Shown here piece by piece: positions 17,344 through 26,122 of a stretch of 64,000 bases of DNA. The stretch is from Spirochaetota bacterium (GTDB lineage Bacteria; Spirochaetota; UBA4802; UBA5550), in assembly GCA_029564515.1 (NCBI GenBank), contig JAKQPV010000102.1, positions 23,685 to 87,684 on the forward strand, in the 5' to 3' direction. Every line of letters begins with the position of its first letter. The first letter of the stretch is position 1. The notes below the pieces were generated by a model, which made no database searches, was not told the origin of the DNA, and saw only the letters and a program-made list of their open reading frames with translations. The translations under genes and the position numbers were made by a program.

Positions 17344-18345
17344 CTACCGGCCGGCGATCCGGCCCGACAGCAGGTCTATATAGGGACGCAGGCCTTCCAG
17401 CGCCGGCTTGATCTCGTATTCGAGGATGTCAGAGAGGCTGATGATGTCGCTGTTTTCCATCACTTCTATGACGTTATGGAGCAGGTTCCGTAAATCCCGG
17501 TTCAGCTTCTCCATGCTCACCCCGTTGACCTCCACTTCGGACAGGTCCACGCGAAAGACCGGCATTATCTGCGAGCAGATCCGCGTGTAGCGGTATATGA
17601 AATCGACGAAGCCCTTCAACCGTCCCGCTGCGTCCGCGTCCTTTCCGGTCTGGTAGGCTACGGCTGCCGCTTCGACGTTTGCCAGCTGCTCCGCTAGCTC
17701 CTCCCCCATCTGCCTGAGCGACGAGAGGAGCACATCGGGCGAATCAACGCTCTGTACGATGAGCGAGCGCATGGCGTCGCTCAGGAGGAGCATTCGGAAT
17801 ATTCCCTTGATGTCGGCAAAGATGCCTTCATGCGCTCCAAGGGCTTCGTTCAACCCCGGGGCGCCGTCCGCTGCGGTAAGCGCGTCACGGAGCGTCTCGA
17901 GCAAGCGCGCGTAGTAGGAGAGCGCACGGTCGCGGTACTTCACGCCGCCCGCGTCGACGCCCAGGAGACTCACGACCTTGAAGAAAACCTCCAGAAGCCA
18001 GGACACGCCGGTCACGAGATCGGCCCGGTCGCCCACGCTCAGCGCGCCGGTATCACCGGCACTGCCGGTGAACGCCTCGACCCTGTCGCAGTAGCGCATC
18101 GCCTCGTCGGCCGACGAGAAAACGATATCGGCTTTCGATTGTACGATACAGTTTATTACTCCGACCTCGTCAAGGCTCCTGTCAGGGGGCGCATCGACCG
18201 GGTACGGTCTGTCGTCGATAAAGAGCTCATAGAATATCAGGTCCCGCTCCCGGGTCCACGCCGAAACCGAATTGACGATATCGGCAATGTTTTTCTCGCT
18301 CTCCAGCCCGAATTCAACCGGGCAATCGTTGATCATGACCTGCAC
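17344..18345 (-). CDS. Hypothetical 333-aa protein co-oriented 17 nt downstream of fliD (candidate flagellar accessory protein)
   Basis: Long uninterrupted ORF with no competing gene. It has no signal peptide and its C-terminal two-thirds are Leu/Ala/Glu-rich (helical). I recognise no motif. Confidence 0.6.
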   Translation of the reverse strand: MQVMINDCPVEFGLESEKNIADIVNSVSAWTRERDLIFYELFIDDRPYPVDAPPDRSLDEVGVINCIVQSKADIVFSSADEAMRYCDRVEAFTGSAGDTGALSVGDRADLVTGVSWLLEVFFKVVSLLGVDAGGVKYRDRALSYYARLLETLRDALTAADGAPGLNEALGAHEGIFADIKGIFRMLLLSDAMRSLIVQSVDSPDVLLSSLRQMGEELAEQLANVEAAAVAYQTGKDADAAGRLKGFVDFIYRYTRICSQIMPVFRVDLSEVEVNGVSMEKLNRDLRNLLHNVIEVMENSDIISLSDILEYEIKPALEGLRPYIDLLSGRIAGR

Positions 18346-18361
18346 GCCGCACCTCTCTGCC

Positions 18362-20395
18362 TTATTTATCCCTGTCGCCTGAACCGCCGCCCGACATCCC
18401 GCCCATCTGCTGCTTCATCCACTGCTTCTGCGCGTTGGTCTCGGAGATTGCCTGTTCCATGTGGGCGAATTTGGTCCGGAGCTTTTCCTCGTATTTTCTC
18501 AGATGGTCCTCGTGGCGTTTGATGCTGTCATCGGCTATCTTGATGGAGCTGTCCTCGTTCTCGATCTGGGCAGCGATGATGTTCTTGCCCGGCTGGATGT
18601 ACGGCTTCAGCACGTACGTGACCTTGTAGGCCATGCCCTCGTCGGGCTTGTCGTCGCCGTCGGTGTCCGATCCGAAAAACATCAGCACTCCCTCCGGGTT
18701 TTCCATTATGGCCTTCCTGAGCATGGGCTCGTCGATGACGAGCTTGCCGGACTTGATCGACTCCCATGCCGCGTTTACCGCGCCGGTCGTAACACCCATC
18801 TGCGCAAGCATCTTGATCGGCCTGTCCGCTCCGTTTGGATAGGCGCCGGTCACGGTCATCCTGAGCGTGCTCTCAAGCCTCATCATGGTCATGTCGCCCA
18901 CGAAAAGTCCGGACTCCGAAAGCATCTTTTCATAATCGCCGGGCTTCTGGGCCTTCGCCGCCCTGGTGATATCGGCATGATAATCAAGGTACTTGTTGTA
19001 TGCGTCGACGAACTTCTTGATCTTTTCCAGCGAAGAGTCTATGCTGTGCTCGACATTCAGGTCTAGCTCGCCGGCCGAGGGCCGCTTGAGGGTAAGGGTG
19101 ACTCCCCTTACGATGTCGGTCAGGTTATCGTTCCGGTCCCTTGTTATTTCGATGCCGTCTACGGACAGCTTCGCGTCCTGTGCGCGCGAGACGGTGTTCT
19201 TGGGCTCGAATTTCCCCTTCATTTCCACGGGCGTCGCGAGCTTCAGGGCCGACACATCCATCGTGCCCCTGTTGCAGAAAAGGATGATCTTCGTTATCCT
19301 GGCGTTCTTAAAATCCTTTCCGACCGGTATCGCATGCGGCCCCCGTGCGTCCTTCGCTATCGGGTATATCTTCTCGACCCGCGTGCCGCCGTCAACGGCG
19401 ACAATCCCTACGCCCTGGACGCTGTCAGGGGCCATGGCCTCATCGTCGCGGTCCTTCCGGCTCCGGTCGACGTTGTATCCGTCGAGGATGATCCCCTTTA
19501 TATTAACCCGCTCCTGGGGCCCCACATTGATCCGCTTCGGAACCCCGGCGTCTTCGTCAGATTTCTCACGGTACGACAGCTCGAACTCGAGCCGCGTGTT
19601 TTCCTGGACCTGCGATTCGACCGGAAGCGCGTATTCACGCCAGAGGAGGCCGCGCACCGTCACGGACCTGCCGCCGTCGGCGACCCGGATCGAGCCGTTC
19701 TCGGCCGCCGGCTTTTTCTCGCCCATGTAAGACGTGAAATAGCGCGAATCGAAGATGACAGACATCTCGTTTTTCTTCTCGCCGGCCGCGCCGTCGATAA
19801 GCCCTGTCTGCGTCAGGAGCCCCTTGTCTCCCGTTATGCTGATCTCGCCCTTTTCCCCGCTCTTCGTTGACTGGATCGTGAGGATGAAGGAATCGCCCGA
19901 CTTTCTCAGGTAGTCGGTAGTGACCAGCCCCGAAGCGGCCTCGTCGATCTTTTCCCTGAGGTCCTTTAACTTTCCGCCCTTGAAATTGATCACGGCGGAC
20001 GAGCCGTTGACCTCGAGGGTGAACTTTCCGGCGGGCAGAACCGCTTTCTCGTCAACCGGGTCGGTGGATATGCGGTGCGATTCAGCGACCTGTATGACCT
20101 TGATCTTTTTTACGCCCTTGTCCGCTTCCTTTGTGGCTTTGGCCTCAAGGACCGAAGGATCGGAAACGGCCGCTGCCTTATCCGTGTAGGAAGCCCTGAA
20201 GCCGAACAGCTCCCTGGCCGCGTTGTTGACCTCATCAAGGTATTTGCCAAGGGTCTTGAGTCCTTCCTTACGGGTGCTATGGTTCTTCTTGCGGATTTCA
20301 AGCTGCTTTATCGGCCTGGCTTCGACATTTACAAGTTTATCGATAATAGCATCGGTATCCATTCCTGATGCCATTCCGCTCATTGATATCGGCAT
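18362..20395 (-). CDS. fliD: Flagellar filament cap protein FliD
   Basis: 677 aa. N-terminus 'GMASGMDTDAIIDKLVNVEARPIKQLE' and the C-terminal heptad region match the FliD_N/FliD_C pattern. Confidence 0.9.
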   Translation of the reverse strand: MPISMSGMASGMDTDAIIDKLVNVEARPIKQLEIRKKNHSTRKEGLKTLGKYLDEVNNAARELFGFRASYTDKAAAVSDPSVLEAKATKEADKGVKKIKVIQVAESHRISTDPVDEKAVLPAGKFTLEVNGSSAVINFKGGKLKDLREKIDEAASGLVTTDYLRKSGDSFILTIQSTKSGEKGEISITGDKGLLTQTGLIDGAAGEKKNEMSVIFDSRYFTSYMGEKKPAAENGSIRVADGGRSVTVRGLLWREYALPVESQVQENTRLEFELSYREKSDEDAGVPKRINVGPQERVNIKGIILDGYNVDRSRKDRDDEAMAPDSVQGVGIVAVDGGTRVEKIYPIAKDARGPHAIPVGKDFKNARITKIILFCNRGTMDVSALKLATPVEMKGKFEPKNTVSRAQDAKLSVDGIEITRDRNDNLTDIVRGVTLTLKRPSAGELDLNVEHSIDSSLEKIKKFVDAYNKYLDYHADITRAAKAQKPGDYEKMLSESGLFVGDMTMMRLESTLRMTVTGAYPNGADRPIKMLAQMGVTTGAVNAAWESIKSGKLVIDEPMLRKAIMENPEGVLMFFGSDTDGDDKPDEGMAYKVTYVLKPYIQPGKNIIAAQIENEDSSIKIADDSIKRHEDHLRKYEEKLRTKFAHMEQAISETNAQKQWMKQQMGGMSGGGSGDRDK

Positions 20396-20556
20396 GATTG
20401 AGCCCTCCTTTGCTAATTCCGGTGAGCTTTTTGAGAATCACTCAAATGGGTACAATTACACACTCGTCCCGTATCATTATTATCGACATAATATCGAAAA
20501 AAAATAAGTAAAGTTGATATCAATAATAATGAAAAAATCTGCAGATATAGAATGGA

Positions 20557-20583
20557 TTGTCGGCAAATATATGGTCAATTTTA
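20557..20583 (-). promoter_or_regulatory. Sigma-28 (FliA)-type promoter TAAA-N15-GCCGACAA upstream of fliD
   Basis: The minus strand reads TAAA (20583..20580), ATTGACCATATATTT (15 nt), then GCCGACAA (20564..20557). Consensus is TAAA-N15-GCCGATAA. It lies about 160 nt upstream of the fliD start. Confidence 0.6.
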
Positions 20584-20751
20584 TTTGTATGTTTATATTT
20601 TACCGGTTTCTTAATAGAATATGGCGATAACTATCGGTCAGGCAATTACTCCGGCAGCCTGATAGAGGGTGTCTTTTTTTGAATGCATAAAGGTAGCGGG
20701 GGAGAACCATTCCGTTCCCTTGAAGAAAAATCAATACCTGCACCTGCCGCG

Positions 20752-21105
20752 TTACCGCGATTCGTCCACTATCATCCCGAGAAAATCCTGAATATGCTCG
20801 AGCAGCTTTATCGCTTCCCGCGCCGGTATTTCCCGGATTACCTCGTTGGTATCGGTATTGATGATTTTTACCACGACGCGCTGTGTCTTTTCATGAAATG
20901 AAAAAGTCAGCCGCTCGTGCATGTCCCGAACGCCCGAATTTAGCCTGTCAACGACATCGGCTATCTCCTCTCTGCTCAGGTCTCGCTTGGGGGCAGACTC
21001 CGCCGGTTTATAATGCTGGCCGACGGCGGCCTGATCGACAGACTCCGTGTTTCGAGCGTACTTGCCGATGTTATTCGGCTCGTAATTGACGCTCTTGATG
21101 TTCAT
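20752..21105 (-). CDS. flaG: Flagellar protein FlaG
   Basis: C-terminal 'LTFSFHEKTQRVVVKIINTDTNEVIREIPAREAIKLLEHI' is FlaG-like. ATG 21105 is preceded by GGGAGG at 7 nt. Confidence 0.85.
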   Translation of the reverse strand: MNIKSVNYEPNNIGKYARNTESVDQAAVGQHYKPAESAPKRDLSREEIADVVDRLNSGVRDMHERLTFSFHEKTQRVVVKIINTDTNEVIREIPAREAIKLLEHIQDFLGMIVDESR

Positions 21106-21151
21106 CTGTAACCTCCCTGTTACACAGAGAATAAATTCTCTCAACCTCCCT

Positions 21152-21231
21152 TTTTAATAAAAGACGTTCCCTCCCCTGCCGCGGGTCAGGGTGCGCACCC
21201 GTTCCGGCGACCGGGGAGGGACGGGAACGTC
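21152..21231 (-). terminator. Long GC hairpin plus T-tract downstream of flagellin gene 1
   Basis: The minus strand reads GACGTTCCCGTCCCTCCCC...GGGGAGGGAACGTC followed by TTTTATT. Confidence 0.5.
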
Positions 21232-21264
21232 CGCACTGCGTGGACTGCCCCGTTAAAATAATCC

Positions 21265-22110
21265 TCAATCAAACAGCTTCATGATGAGCTTCGGCTTGGT
21301 GTTCGCCTGGGCCAGCATCGCTGCGCTCGTTTGAACGAGAATCTGGTCCTTTGTGAATTCAACCATCTCACTTGCCATATCCGCGTCCCTGATCCGGGAC
21401 TCTGCAGACATCATGTTCTCATAATTCTGCGCCAGGGCATGAATCGAATTCTCCAGCCGGTTGTAATACGCTCCAAGGTCTGCCCTCTGCCGACCAAGCC
21501 TGTCAAGGGCTTTGTCGACATACCCTATCATCGCGTTTGCTCCGGCCGTCGTGGAGATCGCCCGCTTTTTGTCTCCCTCATTTACCAGGTTGAAGGCCTT
21601 CGAGCCGACGGTCGCGATAAAAACCCTGATGCGCTGATTCTGATTGGCCCCAACATGGAAGTACATGCTCCCGGTCTTGCTCGCTTTCGCGAACTCTCCC
21701 CTGAGCATTTTCATCCTGTTGAACTCCGCCGAAGACGCGATCCGGTCGACTTCATCCACAAGTTGAGATACCTCAACCTGCATCTGGAGCCGATCGTCGT
21801 TTGAATAAATCCCATTGGCCGATTGGATCGACAAAACCCTTATCCGCTGCATGATCTCGTTCAGCTGCTGGTACGACCCCTCTGCCACCTGGATGAACGA
21901 AAGCCCGTCCTGGGCGTTCCGCTCAGCCTGTGCGAGGCCCCTGATCTGGGTCCGCATCTTTTCTGACACGGCCAGACCGGTGGCGTCGTCGCCGGCGCGA
22001 TTGATCTGCTCGCCGGATGAGAGCCTTTCAATGGTCTTGTCCATACGATTCGCAACTTCGGACAGCTGCCTGCTTGCGAATACGGCGCTCATGTTGTGAT
22101 TGATTCTCAT
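21265..22110 (-). CDS. Flagellin (FlaB/FliC family), copy 1
   Basis: From ATG 22110 (RBS AGGGAGGG): '[57 protein letters not shown]' and C-terminal 'ILVQTSAAMLAQAN'. Confidence 0.95.
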   Translation of the reverse strand: MRINHNMSAVFASRQLSEVANRMDKTIERLSSGEQINRAGDDATGLAVSEKMRTQIRGLAQAERNAQDGLSFIQVAEGSYQQLNEIMQRIRVLSIQSANGIYSNDDRLQMQVEVSQLVDEVDRIASSAEFNRMKMLRGEFAKASKTGSMYFHVGANQNQRIRVFIATVGSKAFNLVNEGDKKRAISTTAGANAMIGYVDKALDRLGRQRADLGAYYNRLENSIHALAQNYENMMSAESRIRDADMASEMVEFTKDQILVQTSAAMLAQANTKPKLIMKLFD

Positions 22111-22264
22111 TGGGTCCCTCCCTTGTTTTATTCCGGTCCGCAACCTGTATCTGTCTGCGGCCCGGGTTTTTCAACCGCGCCATCATGCCGCGGCAGGGAC
22201 CGCCGAAGCGGTCCAAAGGTTGTCTCCTTGTCATGCTGTCCTGACTGCCCATAATCATGACAAC

Positions 22265-22320
22265 ACCGGCTCCGAAAGCTTCGGCAGCCGGTGATGCCCT
22301 CTCCGCATCACGGGCTGCCG
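22265..22320 (-). promoter_or_regulatory. Two overlapping, mutually exclusive hairpins between the flagellin genes
   Basis: On the + strand, H1 is CACCGGCT-CCGAAAGCTTCGG-CAGCCGGTG (22265..22293). H2 is CGGCAGCCGGTGATGC-CCTCTCC-GCATCACGGGCTGCCG (22282..22320). They share 22282..22293. Confidence 0.4.
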
Positions 22321-22423
22321 AAACAGCCTGATGCGAGCAGTCGGGACATCAGGAGGGATGAGAATCGTGATGAATTTTCAAAGAACCTGTTTTCCTTTAC
22401 TCTCGAGATGGTAATCGGTACTG

Positions 22424-23275
22424 TTAGGCACCGAGCAGTTTTAATACTGACTGACCCTGGATATTCGCCTGAGCGAGCATCGCCGAACCCGTCTGGACGA
22501 GGATCTGGTTTTTAGAGAACTCAACCATCTCCTCCGCCATGTCAACGTCCCGGATGCGCGATTCCGATGCCTGCGTATTTTCATACGCGTTCATCAGTCC
22601 TCTCGCAGTCATCTCGAGCCTGTTGAAATACGCACCGAGGTCGGCACGCTGCTTGGCCAATTTCTGCAGTGCAGCATCCATGATCCCGATGGCATCGTTG
22701 GCGCCGCCCGGTGCGGAGAGGGTCACACTGATCTTGCCAGCGCCGTCCCTGAACTTAAAGGCCCGTGCCGTCATGGTCCCGATGTACACCCGCTCCCGCT
22801 GGTCCTTGTTGGCCCCGAGATGGAACCACATGCTTGCCTTGGGATTGGTCTTGGCGTAATCCCCCGTCAGTACTTTAAATCTATTGAACTCCGCTTGAGA
22901 TGCGAGCCTGTCAACTTCGTCGACAAGGGCGGACACTTCGACCTGTATCAGCTGCCGGTCTTCAGCTCCGTAGATGCCGTTCGCGGCCTGAACCGCGAGG
23001 ACCCTTACGCGCTGAATGACCGACGACGTCTGGTCGAGATACCCTTCGGCCGTCTGCACGAACGACATGCCGTCTTCCGTGTTGCGTTCCGCCTGACGCA
23101 GCCCCTGGATCTGTGTCCTCATCTTTTCGGACACGGCCAGGCCGGATGCGTCATCCCCTGCCTTGTTAATTCGCTGACCTGATGCGAGCTTTTCCATGCT
23201 TGACTGGATATCCCAGTGCTTGAACTTCAGCGATTTGTTGGCATTAATCGCACTCATGTTGTGATTAATAATCAT
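22424..23275 (-). CDS. flaB: Flagellin, spirochaete FlaB core-type, copy 2
   Basis: From ATG 23275 (RBS AAAGGAG): '[94 protein letters not shown]'. From memory this is very close to Leptospira/Treponema FlaB. Confidence 0.95.
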   Translation of the reverse strand: MIINHNMSAINANKSLKFKHWDIQSSMEKLASGQRINKAGDDASGLAVSEKMRTQIQGLRQAERNTEDGMSFVQTAEGYLDQTSSVIQRVRVLAVQAANGIYGAEDRQLIQVEVSALVDEVDRLASQAEFNRFKVLTGDYAKTNPKASMWFHLGANKDQRERVYIGTMTARAFKFRDGAGKISVTLSAPGGANDAIGIMDAALQKLAKQRADLGAYFNRLEMTARGLMNAYENTQASESRIRDVDMAEEMVEFSKNQILVQTGSAMLAQANIQGQSVLKLLGA

Positions 23276-23539
23276 TTTACACTCCTTTGTCAGAATGGTT
23301 TCTGGCTTCCTTGCCATCCGGATTCCGAGGGCAGGAGGAATCGAATGATTACTACCAGTTGGGCTGAGGCCTTACGCATCAGCCGGACTGAGGGCTATTC
23401 CAGGTTTGCAAATGGGCTTATGCAAAACTGTATAGCCCTTTTTCCAAGAATAGTTTTCGCCGATAAGTTTTGAAAGATCTCGTAGAGTAAAGAGGGACAC
23501 GTATCCCTATTCGAATTTTCGCCACCTTTGGTGACCGGA

Positions 23540-23735
23540 TTGAGGGCTGTGGATAGCTTTTAGAGGATTTCAGAAGTGTTTATATCAAAATATAATTATA
23601 TTTATAATCAATTTATCTTATATCCAGTTTTTTCAATGTTTTTTAATTTTTTTGTGATTTCATGAAAGAACAATGATAAAATTGGTTATTTTATATAATT
23701 TATATATTTTAATTTATTTAATTAGATCCCGGGAA
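23540..23735. other. Extremely AT-rich tract between the 397-aa ORF and the flagellin genes
   Basis: 17 G+C in the 120 nt at 23581..23700 (hand count), within a roughly 60% G+C context. Confidence 0.8.
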
Positions 23736-23736
23736 G

Positions 23737-24930
23737 CTAAATGCTAAAACTCTCGAGAATTTTACGGATATTTTTTTGAAGAACCTGCCCTATTATCAGG
23801 TTCCTCTCGGAGCCTTCAGCCGCCTGGGACAGGAGCTTTTCCGCTGATTCGGATTCTTTCCTGATGCTGTCGTGGCAGTGAAAGAACATGTTGGAAAGCT
23901 CAACCATCTGGTCGTCCCGCTTGACATTGGTGTCCGAGATTTCGACGGTATACCTGTTCAGCTCAATCAGGTTGTCTATGGAGCTGCCCGCTATATCGAA
24001 CAGCACATCCAGCACCTCGAGCTTGCGCCGGGCCTCGTCACTGGTGCCGTCATCGGCCTGCCCGGGATCAAGAAAATCACGTATCTTCAGATAATCCGCA
24101 AGCTCCAGGGAGATCACCTCGGAGAGGGCCGTGCTCTCCTCGTGATTTTTCCGGATCAGGGCGCCCTTTTCCTCCACGAGCTCCCGTATGCAGACCGCGT
24201 CAAGGAACAGGTCCTTCGCGGACCGGCTCATGGTCACGGCCTCGCCCGCCTGGGCAGCCAGGCTCGCGGACAGATCCTTCTCGGCCCCGATCTCCGCGCT
24301 TACGTCATCCAGCATTTTCGTAAGATCGCCGACATCCCCTGACTCTATAATCGCCGTGATCCTGGCATGCAATTGCTCCTCATCCTCTTTTTCTTTCTCA
24401 TTGACGCAGTATCCGCTCCAGTCGGCGGTCACCGACCCGTGCTGGCGCTCCACCGCACTCCAGACCTCCCGGGCGCGCCCGGCCGCCCGCTGGATATGGT
24501 TGGCTATCCGGTAATCGATCAGGACGATGGCATTGGTCCGTTCGTGTATCTGCCGGGCAAGCGCAAGCCCCTTCTGTATCGATTCCGAGAGCATGAGGAT
24601 CTTGAACATCAGTCGCTTCTCGGTCTTCGGATCGATCGCTTCGATGACCAGGAGGTCGCCGGCAAGCTCCTTCTGTCTTTCGAGATTTATGCTCAAAATC
24701 GATGATGAATTGATGATGGTAGAGCACTGGTCCCGGAAGGTCAGTCCGGCTTTCAGGAGGATCTCCGCCTTCAGGGCCAGTTTCTCCCTCAGCTCTGTCG
24801 AAAGCTCGATGAACTCTTTCAACTTGGCAGCCTGGTTGATGCGCCGGTACACCGTCTTGCCCAGCTCCCGGGCATAATCGAAGAAGCGCTTCGTATCAGC
24901 GGAAGCTGTGGCCCTCTGTTTCTGCTCCAT
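23737..24930 (-). CDS. Hypothetical 397-aa helical/coiled-coil protein upstream of the flagellin genes
   Basis: Long ORF with Glu/Leu/Lys/Ala-rich heptad-like composition and no signal peptide. I recognise no motif. Confidence 0.55.
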   Translation of the reverse strand: MEQKQRATASADTKRFFDYARELGKTVYRRINQAAKLKEFIELSTELREKLALKAEILLKAGLTFRDQCSTIINSSSILSINLERQKELAGDLLVIEAIDPKTEKRLMFKILMLSESIQKGLALARQIHERTNAIVLIDYRIANHIQRAAGRAREVWSAVERQHGSVTADWSGYCVNEKEKEDEEQLHARITAIIESGDVGDLTKMLDDVSAEIGAEKDLSASLAAQAGEAVTMSRSAKDLFLDAVCIRELVEEKGALIRKNHEESTALSEVISLELADYLKIRDFLDPGQADDGTSDEARRKLEVLDVLFDIAGSSIDNLIELNRYTVEISDTNVKRDDQMVELSNMFFHCHDSIRKESESAEKLLSQAAEGSERNLIIGQVLQKNIRKILESFSI

Positions 24931-25105
24931 TTTCGCCTGCCGATTGTCGGGTATGTGAAGAGACTGCGCCCGTGTCAGCGAAAAGTCAATTATTAATTTG
25001 CCGGTGCCCTGTATCGCACAGCGCCGTGCCGGAAAATGTATTGACTCGGGACGGATAAATCATTACTTTTTCTGCACTGCATATCCAGGGAAGGAGGAGG
25101 CCGAC

Positions 25106-25939
25106 ATGAGGGCATCAATCGCATCAATAATAGAAAAAAAGGCCCGGAACGAGAAAATAACAGTGCTCACCGCGTATGATTACTCCTTTTCGGCGATACT
25201 GGACACCGCCGGTGTGGATATAATTCTTGTAGGCGATTCAATGGCAAACGTGGTCCTTGGCATGGAATCAACCGTTGAAATAAGCCTTGATGAAATGATC
25301 AACCACTGCCGGGCGGTCGCGAAAGGCTCGCAAAACGCGCTGGTTATCGGCGACATGCCCTACTGTTCGTACCAGTCGAACCCGGAGGAGGCGCTGGACA
25401 GCGCGCGCCGCTTCATGGATGCAGGGTGCCAGGGCGTGAAGCTGGAATGGTTCGACAGCGCGCTCGAGGTTACCACCCGTATCGTCGGCGACGGGATCCC
25501 GGTCATGGGACATATCGGTTTCACGCCGCAGACCGCCGACAAGCTGGGCGGTTCGATCGTCCAGGGGAAGGACTTCGAGACCGCGAAGCGGCTGATCGAC
25601 CAGGCCTCCAGGCTGGAAGCTGCCGGGTGCTTCAGCATCGTGCTGGAATGTGTGCCATGGCAGATCGCCCGTATCATATCCGAAAAGCTCCGGATCCCGA
25701 CGATCGGGATCGGTGCCGGCGCCGATTGCGACGGCCAGGTCCTCGTCCTCAACGACATGCTGGGCCTGTTCAAGCGGTTTACGCCAAAGTTCGTGAGGAT
25801 TTTCGCGGATCTCCACGCCGCATCGCTGGCCGGCGTGAAGAAATACATCGAAGAAGTAAAGGCCGGTTCGTTCCCCTCCGAGAAAGAGCGGTTCTCCATG
25901 AAGGAAGATGAGTTCGAAAAGCTGAAGCAATCGCTCTGA
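25106..25939 (+). CDS. panB: 3-methyl-2-oxobutanoate hydroxymethyltransferase
   Basis: 'ITVLTAYDYSFSAILDTAGVDIILVGDSMANVVLG' and 'GCQGVKLE'. ATG 25106 is preceded by AAGGAGGAGG. Confidence 0.95.
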   Translation: MRASIASIIEKKARNEKITVLTAYDYSFSAILDTAGVDIILVGDSMANVVLGMESTVEISLDEMINHCRAVAKGSQNALVIGDMPYCSYQSNPEEALDSARRFMDAGCQGVKLEWFDSALEVTTRIVGDGIPVMGHIGFTPQTADKLGGSIVQGKDFETAKRLIDQASRLEAAGCFSIVLECVPWQIARIISEKLRIPTIGIGAGADCDGQVLVLNDMLGLFKRFTPKFVRIFADLHAASLAGVKKYIEEVKAGSFPSEKERFSMKEDEFEKLKQSL

Positions 25940-26092
25940 AGCCGGAGCAGCCTGACAGTCCGGATCCAATCTACACCGCAGGATTTTATCCCGGCAGTAT
26001 CCTGACATGCGTATTGACAACACGGATTTTTATCAATCGCCGGAATAAACCATTGTGGGATTTCAGTCGCGGTATGCGTGGTGCCTGAAAAA

Positions 26093-26122
26093 TAAAAAAA
26101 GCCTCTTTCGAGGCTTCTTTTA
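26093..26122. terminator. Bidirectional rho-independent terminator (A-tract, AAGCCTC-TTTC-GAGGCTT, T-tract)
   Basis: Read directly from the sequence. It has A8 on one side and TTCTTTT on the other, and sits in a 510-nt gap with no convincing ORF. Confidence 0.6.

Noticed and set aside
20529-20630. 33-codon + strand ORF (MKKSADIEWIVGKYMVNFICMFIFYRFLNRIWR) in the flaG-fliD gap
   Set aside because: It has no SD, sits in AT-rich DNA where ORFs arise by chance, and overlaps the sigma-28 promoter on the other strand.
23459-23466. Perfect GCCGATAA sigma-28 -10 box on the + strand upstream of the flagellin region
   Set aside because: It has the wrong orientation for the flagellin genes. The -35 position reads TTTT rather than TAAA, and no + strand gene follows it.
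24998-25105. N-terminal extensions in track ORFs (panB from 24998, glyQ from 55811, comF from 34985, flagellins from 22143/23317, SGNH hydrolase from 13528, DHH from 56599, and others)
   Set aside because: Internal ATG/GTG starts have proper SD sequences and match family N-termini. The extensions overlap upstream genes, repeats or a terminator.
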